Below the pieces are notes generated by a model, which was given only the letters and a program-made list of their open reading frames with translations, made no database searches and had not been told where the DNA came from. This document shows positions 38,604-47,777 of a stretch of DNA of 47,777 nucleotides, in pieces (within the stretch, counting starts at the first letter, position 1; each line of letters begins with the position of its first letter). The DNA is from Gonapodya sp. JEL0774 (Eukaryota). Location: NCBI GenBank assembly GCA_027604505.1, contig JADIIX010000074.1, positions 62,001-109,777 on the forward strand. Reading direction: 5' to 3'. Made by a program: the position numbers and the translations under genes.

Positions 38604-39088
38604 ATCAGTAGGGGAGAGGGAGGAGACACAGGGAGGGAGAGGGGGAATGAAATAGGGATTGCGATCTGATCGGACCACAGCCTTGTTGACTGATAAAGGT
38701 TCGGCCAAGTATGTAGTAACATTCGCATTCCACTGTACATGCCTTGTTGGCCGGTGGTGAATCTTTTTGTGAATCAGAGTGTAGTGTACTTCCACAAGGT
38801 GTGGCAGGACCTGTGCCTTCCACTCCCAGATGACTTCTTTCTCAACCACTTGTGCGGTTTGCCCACAGTTCGGCTGTCGGTGCCGACAGAGTCAGTCCCA
38901 TCGTCTGTGTAGTTTGTTCAGGAGCATGATGAGGACATTGGTTGTGGAAGAGTGAAGAGTGCGTCATTATTCAAAATATATACTCTAGGACGCAGGGGCC
39001 AGGTACTGTGGCCCACAGCTGTATTATCAATACCACGACACGGCGGGCAGAAAGATTCTCCGGATTCTCAGCCACAGACCTTCACATA

Positions 39089-40228
39089 ATGGAAGCACAT
39101 CTCTCGCCTGCAACTGACGCGATGCCAAGTGGCAGTCTCAAATCCCCCGTTTTCCCTCTCCAATCTCTCCCTCCCGAACTCATTGATCGAATCGGAAGGT
39201 TTTGCGTCGACTACCCCCTGGCCCTCCCCACGGCATCCCTCAATCGACATCTCCACCATATTTTTTCCAAACCTGCCTCCATCGCCTCTCGCGCTCTCCG
39301 CTTTTACCCGTCCCCGGAGCACGCCCTCGTGTTGGAGACGAGAGCCGGACGAAGCGCGACACACCTCGAACACCTGACCCGCTTCGCAGAGGTGGCGAAA
39401 AAGATAACAGTCGGATATGAGAGCACATTTGCCTTGGCAGAGGCTGCTCGCAGAGGATACGACACTGCAGTTGGTCTACTTCTGCAGCGTGGAGCCTATT
39501 TGAGCTTCCACTTCCTCCAAGCCATTCTCCTCGCCGTGGAGGGTGATCACATAAATGCGGTACACCTTCTTTTGGCGTATGCTGTCCGGGAAGATGAGAC
39601 CCAGTCCCAATCTCTACCGGCAAAGAGTTTACTTTGGGCAGCACAACACGGAAGCATACGAGTTGTCAACTTGCTTCTGGATCGTGGAGTGGATGTGAAC
39701 ATGTGGAACGGCCAGTTTCTGGCCGCTGCTGCCGTCCATGGTCACATGAACGTTTTGAAGCTCTTGCTCGAACGTGGGGCAGATCCGAGTCTGTCGGGGT
39801 TTTACGCCCTTCAGCAAGCCGCCGAGCAAAACCACTTCGGATGTGTCGAAGTGCTGCTCGACTACCTGGAATGTAAAGGCAATTGCCACGGAGAGGCGAT
39901 GAGGGCTGCAGCAGCACGAGGGAACCGCGCGATGGTGGAGCTCCTTCTCGACCGGAACGTGGATCCGTCGAACGGATACTACCCGCGGGGAACTCCATTA
40001 AAGTGGGCTGTAGGGGCGTACGACCGCCATGACACTGTCTCCACCATACAACTGTTGATCGAACGTGGTGCGCGGGTGGACGAGGATGTCGTCCAGGAGG
40101 CAGAGCGGATTCACGCGCTCGGAACGTGTTCAGGGATAGAGAACATCGTGGATCACTTGCAACAAGAGTACGACGAGCAGCGCGGTGTCGGTGTCGACGG
40201 TGACGGTGACCCTGGCGATGATACATGA
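39089..40228 (+). CDS. Intronless ankyrin-repeat protein with an N-terminal F-box-like motif
   Basis: LQSLPPELIDRIGRF. Repeats ALAEAARRGYDTAVGLLLQRGA, LLWAAQHGSIRVVNLLLDRGVD, LAAAAVHGHMNVLKLLLERGAD, MRAAAARGNRAMVELLLDRNVD and GTPLKWAV. Confidence 0.9.
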   Translation: MEAHLSPATDAMPSGSLKSPVFPLQSLPPELIDRIGRFCVDYPLALPTASLNRHLHHIFSKPASIASRALRFYPSPEHALVLETRAGRSATHLEHLTRFAEVAKKITVGYESTFALAEAARRGYDTAVGLLLQRGAYLSFHFLQAILLAVEGDHINAVHLLLAYAVREDETQSQSLPAKSLLWAAQHGSIRVVNLLLDRGVDVNMWNGQFLAAAAVHGHMNVLKLLLERGADPSLSGFYALQQAAEQNHFGCVEVLLDYLECKGNCHGEAMRAAAARGNRAMVELLLDRNVDPSNGYYPRGTPLKWAVGAYDRHDTVSTIQLLIERGARVDEDVVQEAERIHALGTCSGIENIVDHLQQEYDEQRGVGVDGDGDPGDDT

Positions 40229-41003
40229 TGCAAGCCGTCGGTTCAATTTTTTGTTTGCTTTTTACTTATGTAGCGGTTTGCAAGGGTCGGAAACTTTGGC
40301 AACAAAATGCGCCCCACCGGGCATTTGGACCTGGTACCAGGTCGAACTTTTGAATTCAGCGCCGCGCAGCAGAATATTTTTTTTTTTTTTGGATATGGGA
40401 AATGGCTATTATTTTGTTTTGATTTCAAGTTTCAACATGCTCACTGAAGTGTTGCGAATTATATGATGTACATTCCCAGATAGAGAGGGATGAAAACAAG
40501 CGGTTGGGCACTCACGAAGCAAAACGCTTGTTGGCGCGTCTGTAGATCTCAAGTTCGCTGAAATACGTCAAAAGGGTCATTGAAGGAAAGGTGGTTGAAC
40601 GGCATTGGGCGAGGAAAGCACCCCACCCCAAGAGCTAAAAACGCCTCCTGTCACTCCACCAATTAAAAACATGAATTGCGAATGCTGAAAGGAGTTTTTC
40701 GGAAAACAGGTGATGGTGGTGGACGAACGGGTGGTGTTTGGCGAACTTTGGAGTGTGTGTGCTCATGTTTGGGAAGGTTGCACTCAGCTTTCACAAACTC
40801 AATTGTGCGTCACCACACTTCTCATAATGTACGCGTTTGGCTGGGTGAAGGATGGGGGATTGTGGTTTTCAGTCGGGATTTGAATTTATACGCCAGTCGC
40901 GTCCCGCAATCCGAAGGATTCCAAGAATCTGAGACACCCCCCCCCACCCCCCCACCCTCCCCATTCCAAGATTATATCGACTAGGTAGCTCCAACAATTA
41001 TAT

Positions 41004-41076
41004 ATTGTCGATGGACTTTTTTGGTCGGCGGGAGATTAAAATTGAAAGGGGATTGCGATCAGATCGGACCACAGCC
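41004..41076. repeat. Internally deleted direct copy of 38505-38682 (5' end/promoter of the coiled-coil gene)
   Basis: gggattgcgatc(t/a)gatcggaccacagcc at 38655-38682 and 41049-41076 (27/28 identical). attgtcgatgga..ggtc(a/g)gcgggaga at 38505 and 41004. Confidence 0.85.
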
Positions 41077-41178
41077 AGGTGATCGGGGATGGCGCGTGGG
41101 CTCTTGCGCGCGTGACACACACCGGCAACACGTGTCTCCCACCCACCCACCCACCCACCCACCCGCCCGCACCCGAAA

Positions 41179-44100
41179 ATGAACAGCGCTGCGCCTTCGC
41201 CCACGCCTGCGGCCCCTGCGCCACACTCGGTGCCCAAGACGGCCACAGCGACAATCCAGATCTACGCGCGACTGAGGCCGCCCAGAGCGGCACTCACCAA
41301 CCGCACTCAGCCCGCACTCGCCCCCTCTCCCTCTCCCTCTCCCGCCTCAGCCCACCCCCAGAGATACGCAATCATCCACCCCTCCTCACCCCCTTCCTCT
41401 GCCTCTCCCCACTCCCAACTCTCCTCTCCCATTCTCAGATTCGACCTGCCAAAGGACCCTGAACACGGGCTCGTAAACAACTCAAAGGACTCATTCGACT
41501 TTCGCTTCGACGGCGTGTTTGACCACAACGCCTCCCAGGACGAGGTCTTTGACGTCGTTGCAAAGCCCGTGGTCATGAGGTGAGAGCGGCGAGCGTCAGC
41601 GAGCATGATGCGGGCTTGCCCGCAGGTAGAGAGAGCGGTGTGTCCATATGGGCCGGATGAATGGGCCATTTGGACCAATTCACATCCAGCCAGAGGAAAT
41701 TGAACTTTTGCGGTCCATGTGAGCCCGGTTGGACCATATGGACCAATTGACATCCAGCCGGAGGAAATTGAACTTTTGCAGTCGATGTGGGCCGGATGGG
41801 TCCGTGTGCACCAAATCATCCGTTTGGGTTCCTCCTCCCCCCACCAACCAACCGCTCACTCCACAAACCCACCTTCCACCTTCCACATTCCCTCCCTTCC
41901 TTCCCTCCCCAACCCCCTTTACCCCACCCCACACCCCCCAACCCACAGCGTCCTCGACGGCTACAACGGCACCGTCTTCGCGTACGGCCAGACCGGCTCG
42001 GGCAAGACCTTCACCATCACCGGCGGCGCGGCTCGGTACGCCGACAGGGGCATCATTCCCAGGGCCTTGCAGGCCGTGTTTGCCGAGATCGAGAGGAGGG
42101 GGAGGGTCAGGGCCAGCCCGGGAGGCAGGAGCAGGGCAGGGTTAGCGAGGGGGCAGCCGCCTGGGGGTTCCCTCCACTCCGACGACCCCGACTCCGACCC
42201 CGACCCCGACCCCGACCCCGAACCCGAACCCGACCCCGACACCACCCCATCCTCCTACCACGTCCACGTCGCGTACCTCGAGATCTACAACGAGCAGGGG
42301 TACGACCTCCTCGGCGCAGACGTGGCTTCCGCCGACGTGGAGGATTTGGCAGGACAGGCCAGACGGTTGGAGGATTTGCCGTGAGTTTGGGTTTGAGTGG
42401 CGTTATGAGGGCTTGTGGGGGTGTGTCAGGGCGGGGTGATTGGGATTTGTGGGTGCTTGTGAGGGCTAGTGAGAGCGGTGGACGGGGTTTGCATGGTTTG
42501 TAGGAGTGGTCAAGGGCCCAGCGCGAGCGTCAACGACTTGGTGCGCGCTTGGCACCCACCCCCCCCTCCCCCGGAAAAGAGACCAGAGCGGGTGTCAGCG
42601 AGATGGTGTTGGGCTTGTCCCCGCCGAAAGAAACCTGAGCGAGATGGTCCGGGCTTGTCCCGCCCCGCCCAAGGCCACCTGAGCCGCCCACCCTCCCCTG
42701 TCCCCTCATCCCACCTTCCCCCACCCCCCCCGCCCCAGCAAAGTCACCCTCCACCCCACCCCTGCCACCCCCACATCCCCCTCCACCTTCCACCTGCGCA
42801 ACCTCTCGTGGCACCCCTGCGCCCACCTGTCCTCTGCGCTGGAGCTCCTCTTTTTGGGCGACACCAACCGCGCCATCGCCGAGACGCCCATGAACGGGGC
42901 CAGCTCGAGGTCTCACTGTGTGTTCATGGTCAAAATCGAACGGACGGGGGGGGGGAGGGTCAGGAGAGGGAAACTGTGTCTCGTGGATTTGGCAGGGTGG
43001 GTTCGTGTGTGTGCGTGGGGGGGTTTGGGGGGGGCGGGCGGGCGGGGAGGTTGAATGGGCCATGGAGGCAATGGGGGGGGAATGGGAGACACCTTGTAGT
43101 GTGCCGGGTTTTGCGGTCTTGGTCTGGTCACGCACGTGTGGTACATGGGCGTAGGGGACGAGGCGTGGCTCGGTGTACCCCGGTGCCACCCACAGCCTTG
43201 CGCAACATAGAATGTGTGTGGTCACGAGGACCTGCCACCCGCGCCCGGGCCCGGGCCCCTCACCGAGACCCGCGCCGTGTGTGTGTCGTGCGGTGGGGTG
43301 GGGTGCCAGCCCCGGGCATAGGTTTGGTGGGGGGGCCCGTAGGCGCGTCGGTGGTTGGTGCACCCTGAAACCCGGCAGCGACCGCACCTGCACATGCACC
43401 GCCACCGCCACCCAAGGTGTGTGAAGCGGGGCTGCACAGCAGCACAGGACAGGACAGGACAGGACCGTGGTGGACCTGGGAGGGGGTTGGACTGCACCAG
43501 GGGCCCGAGGAGGGCGGCCCGGGATGGCGGAAGCGAGACCCGACGGGATAACAAACCCAGCTCATCCAACCAACCCGCACACTACCGGCTCACCTTGACC
43601 CCCCGTCCCTCCCGCCTCCCTGTCACCCCTTACCCCCCCCCCCTCCCAGCTCCGAACGCATCTCCCGCACCTCCCTCTCCGGCGCCACGCTCCTCCGCGA
43701 AGCCCGTCTGATCAACCTCTCCCTGCACCACCTCGAACAATGCATCGTCGCCTTGCACGAAAAGGCCCAGGGGAAGAGGGACCACGTGCCCTATAGGAAC
43801 TCGGTCCTCACGTGTGTGCTCATGGACTCATTGGGTGGGAATTGTAGGACCGTCATGGTGGCCACGGTGGTGGGCGACGCGGAGGGGGTCGAGGTGGGTT
43901 GCGTGGGTGGTGGGGGGGGCGGGGGTTGGACGGGGACAAGGGAGAGGGGAGAGGGGACCTCGGTTGGGTAGCGGGCATTACACGCGGTGGTGGATGTGGA
44001 TGCCAGAACTGGGTATAAAAACCAAACATGTGGGCTCACCGCAACCCACCCCGCTCCGAACCATGTTGCGGTTTCAACCGACAAACCAAACCTCCCTTTG

Positions 44101-46380
44101 CCCCTCCCCCAGGAATCCATCTCCACCTGCCGCTTCGCACAGCGCGTCGCGTCCATCTCCAACACCTACACCCTCAACGAAGAGATGGACCCCTCGGTCC
44201 TCATAGCCCGCCTCCGACGGGAGATCGTGTCGCTGCGGGGCGAACTGGCCCTGGCGCGGCGGTTGGCGAGGGTGAGAGGTGCGGGGCAGAACGGGGACAG
44301 GGACGGGGAGGGGGATGGGGAAGGGGACGACGAGGGGGACGAGTTGCCAGAGTATGAGAGGGAGAGGGTCAGGAGGGATGTGGAGGCGTATGTGGGGAGT
44401 GGAGGTGGAGGGGGTGGGGACATGGGCGTGCTGGACGGGGCTGGGAGGTTGTGTTGGGGGGATACGAGGAAGGTGGTGTATGGGTTTGAGGTGATGAAGG
44501 TGAGCGCGGGTGTGGGTCGGTAGGTGTGGAGCAAGGGTATTCGAACGTACCCTCACCCGGCTCTCATCCCCGCCACTACTCCTCTCCGCCAGGATATGGT
44601 GCTCTCCCGAGGTTCCGGAGGCGGAGGTGGCGGCACCTCGCCCTCAAGTCTCGCGCACACCCACGACGTGCCCGACGACTTGAAGGCGCAAATGGCCGCT
44701 TCACAGGCCCAGGTGGAGAAGCTGAGGACTCTGGTGGGCCACAGGGACAGGGAGATTGCGGTTCTGGTGGGGACCATCAACAAGTTTCGGGAGAGGGGGC
44801 AGGGACAGGGACAGGGGCAGGGGCAGGGGGGCGCCGAGCACGAGGTGGGGAGGGTGAGTGGGCGAGTGAGTGACCGGAGGGGGAAAGGGGAGTCGATGGG
44901 GTTCGGTTTGCGAGAGACATGCGTGCCACCAAAGATGATTGATTGTTGTGTGCTGTGCTTCTCTGTCTCTGTCTGCGCCTGCACCGCCGCCTCGTCCCGC
45001 CTCTCGCAGATCTCCTTCGCCTCGCACCACTCGCTCACGGCGTACCCCACCCCGTCCAACCCGCCGGCCACGCTTCCCCTTGTCCCGCCCAACCCCACCC
45101 CCACCACCACATACCCTTCGTCCGACACCTTTGACTTCTTCGGCGACCTGGGCGGATGGGCGGCAGACGACGCACCCGCGTCCCCTTCGAGCCCCACCCC
45201 GCGCGTGGGCGCCCAACTCGCCCACCTGCGCGACCCGCCTGCCCTGGCGGCACTCCCCCCGGACAAGGCTAAGGCGTTTGAGAGGTTCAGGAGCACGTAT
45301 CCCGAAAACTCGTGGATCGAGGACCACAAGAGCGTGTTGAAGGAGAAGTATGCGGAGGCGAAGAGGTTGGGCGGGGAGGCTGGGAGTGTGAGGGATGAGA
45401 TTAGTGAGTGGGGTGTTTGTTTGTGCAGGAGGGCTGGGGATGTGCTCGTGCCCTGATTTGTTTGGTTGATTGGTTCCCATCCCTTTTCCGACGTGGTCAT
45501 CTAGAGAGGCTGAAAGCGTGGTTGGAGAATGCTGAGGGTGGTAAGATTGGTGTGGTGAAAGAATCGGAGAAGAAAACTGTGCGGGACAAGCTCACGGCCA
45601 ATGTTGCTCGGTACGTGGAGTGGCGAACCGGTTTGACCGGTTGTGCAGCTTTGCACACACACGGTGCTCAGTTCAACCGAGAACCCTTTTCCTCTCAGGT
45701 ACAAGTCGTCGTACGCTTCTCTCAAATCACTCAAGATGGAGATCGACCACATCCACCACCTCCTTGACACCGCGCGGATCAAGCTCACCAAAGATTTCGA
45801 GAGGTGGTTTGTCACTGAGTACCTCGTGGGCAAAGCGGACGCTCGGCCAGATGACAGGGAGAGGACAGTGGCGAGGCGGGGGTCCGCGAGAGGTGGGGGT
45901 GGGTCAGAGTCCGCCACTGCGAGTTATGGGCGCTCCGAAGCTCCCACTGCCGGCACTACAAGTTATGGCCGCTCGCTGGAAAGTCAACCACCGCCACCGT
46001 ACCCGCCGCTGTCGTCGTCATGGAACTCGACAAATGCACTTTCGAACAGCGGCGACTCTCCCCGTCACCCGCACGCTCGCCCATCGTCGTCATCCTCGAC
46101 TGGTCGATCCTGGGCGTCTTTCGAGCAGTCTCCACGGGCTGAGGTGGATCCAAAAAAATCATTCTCATCGCTACCACCGAGTTCGTCGTCGTCATTGCCA
46201 CCGAGCTTTCCGTCGTACAATAGCTCATTCGGGGATCCGGGAGCATTTGCGAACCTTGGTGATCGATTTTCGTCGACACAATCACTCTCGCAAAGCACAG
46301 TTCCGCAAGGGAGGTTCCAGCAAGACCGTCGTACGAAACTCGATCCTCAGCACGGGTCGAGTTATGGGTTCAATCAATGA
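41179..46380 (+). CDS. KIF6: Kinesin-9 family motor, KIF6 type (cilia/flagella associated)
   Basis: IQIYARLRP, VNNSKDSFDFRFDGVFD, GYNGTVFAYGQTGSGKTFTITGGAARYADRGIIPR, YLEIYNEQGYDLL, LFLGDTNRAIAETPMNGASSRSH, LVDLAG-SER, HVPYRNSVLT..LMDSLGGNC, ESISTCRFAQRVA. Confidence 0.92.
41642..41806. repeat. About 68-bp tandem repeat (about 2.4 copies) in KIF6 intron 1
   Basis: tggaccaatt(c/g)acatccagcc(a/g)gaggaaattgaacttttgc(g/a)gtc(c/g)atgtg at 41671 and 41739. Confidence 0.9.
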
Positions 46381-46528
46381 AGGAGACCGTTGTAATGAAG
46401 CAGACTCTACGTCGGTGATGAACATCATCATCACATTGCACAATGCAGCGCTCATATTGCGCAAAACAGTAGCATTTATCATATTTGATCTAGCAATGAA
46501 GTCACAAAATCAAGCACCCATCGCAACA

Positions 46529-47563
46529 CCCAGAGACTCAGTCAAAGAGCCAGAGAAACGGTGTGAGTGCTCCTATGTCAATGGCGTGAGTTGTCACTGC
46601 CATGGTGTGATTCAAGATCCTGGTGATCTCGCAAAAGAGAGTGGATCCATTGAGCGCGTTCTGGAACTTGGACGTTGACAAGCTTTTCGACGCCGAGACA
46701 ATACGCTTCCCTGGAAGACCACGAGCATGAAGGGACACTGAGTATTGGGTCCGTATATTATGGTGAATCGCCACTCACTCATTGCACATCCTGGAAACGT
46801 AGTTGAGACGATCTGCATTGTTGACGGAAAATATGGGATCGTGGGTTTCAGGATCTATGGTAACTGGCGGTCGAGACACACACCATAGTAGGGTAAAGAT
46901 TGAAGATTCGAGATCCGGCGCTCTCTATTATCAATCATTATTCGGAGAAATCCGACCATTTTTAGCATCTAATAGTGATGCAAGAGTATTTCTGCTGTGC
47001 TCGCTTGTCAAAATTTTCTGTCCCCGATGCAGCAATCCGATGTGTGGATCTGCCCTTGTGATGTGCGGCAGGGTGTTGGGGACCGAAGTTGACGGTAAAT
47101 GTTTTTATCTTGGTTTCTGTCACGTGCATGAATGTAGAAGTAGTAGGGGTTGTCCCGTGACTTGTGCTGAGTAGGCGCTTTGCTTGCTCACCTTCGTCCC
47201 CCTGTTTCAAATGAGCAAGCGGGAGATTGCACGTTTAGAATAACGTTTTGATAAAGCTTTTAATGCGGAGCGTACGTACAACCGGCGCGTCTGTTGGGAT
47301 TGGAGGGTCAATCATACATGGCTAAACCACTCACACACAAATTGTTGAGAACACACCAATTTGCTCCGAATACATCATGATGGTTCTGGAAGTCTGCGCG
47401 TCGCAGCATAAAGGTCAGTGTCCATTTTCCTAGTGCTAATAGGTCCACGGCGGACGCCACTCTTTGCTGTGATGGGGCTAGGTCCCAGCTGTCGACGGAG
47501 TGGAGAGAGCCGGCTTAGCGAGGAAAGCAATATTCTTGATGCGTCGAAAAGTGATGACGACAT
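46529..47563 (-). pseudogene. NDUFS2: Truncated, intron-retaining NDUFS2 pseudogene
   Basis: [33 protein letters not shown], a deletion and frameshift, [14 protein letters not shown], exon DRLNYVSRMCNE with cag/gtgagt borders, [34 protein letters not shown]. Similarity is lost after that. Confidence 0.92.
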
Positions 47564-47777
47564 TTTTAAAAGTTTCGGTGTCGATACCCTCGTTGCACAA
47601 ATTTTTACTTGTCCAGTCCAAATGGCAAATGCAATTTGGAAGGTATTCTCAGCATAACCTCAAACTGTGGTACTGTGACATGAACACAATTTAGTTGAGG
47701 CTTTCATTACATTTCTTCCTCGAGATTTTCTCATATGAGAACTGTTTCCCAGCTGAGAGGCCACGTCATGCCTTACC

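Noticed and set aside
40960..40990. CTAG as a Helitron 3' end for the ankyrin insert
   Set aside because: No upstream hairpin, and it is not followed by T.
42469..45500. Long alternative-frame and antisense ORFs over KIF6
   Set aside because: Same compositional artefact; they overlap recognisable kinesin exons and introns.
46529..47563. NDUFS2-like fragment as a mitochondrial insertion (nad7 NUMT)
   Set aside because: It has a targeting-peptide region and spliceosomal introns matching the nuclear copy.

Overview
Gene-dense, intron-rich eukaryotic DNA with short GT-AG introns and two 10-N scaffold gaps. It is most consistent with a flagellated (zoosporic) early-diverging fungus, because a KIF6-type kinesin and a condensin II subunit sit among fungal-type genes. 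Read by eye from left to right: 3' end of a coiled-coil gene, a Gfo/Idh/MocA oxidoreductase, a PTR2/POT peptide transporter, a decayed Fanzor/TnpB-like nuclease relic in two permuted pieces (about 6.7-8.3 kb), a split-cluster C2H2 factor, a Baeyer-Villiger-type monooxygenase, MRX11, a USP7 C-terminal-like gene, CAP-D3, a possible Med21-like gene, a single-pass membrane protein, a nitronate monooxygenase, ARPC5, CENP-X/MHF2, NDUFS2, a possible PHD relic, a coiled-coil (DUF4515-like?) gene, an intronless F-box-like/ankyrin gene flanked by a duplicated promoter segment, KIF6, and an intron-retaining NDUFS2 pseudogene. Most notable are the Fanzor relic, a strong C-rich-at-acceptor / G-rich-at-donor oscillation in the 35.5-45.5 kb block, condensin II in a fungus, and nested duplications. 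All family calls come from motif recognition by eye, not from database searches, and gene coordinates are manual models.
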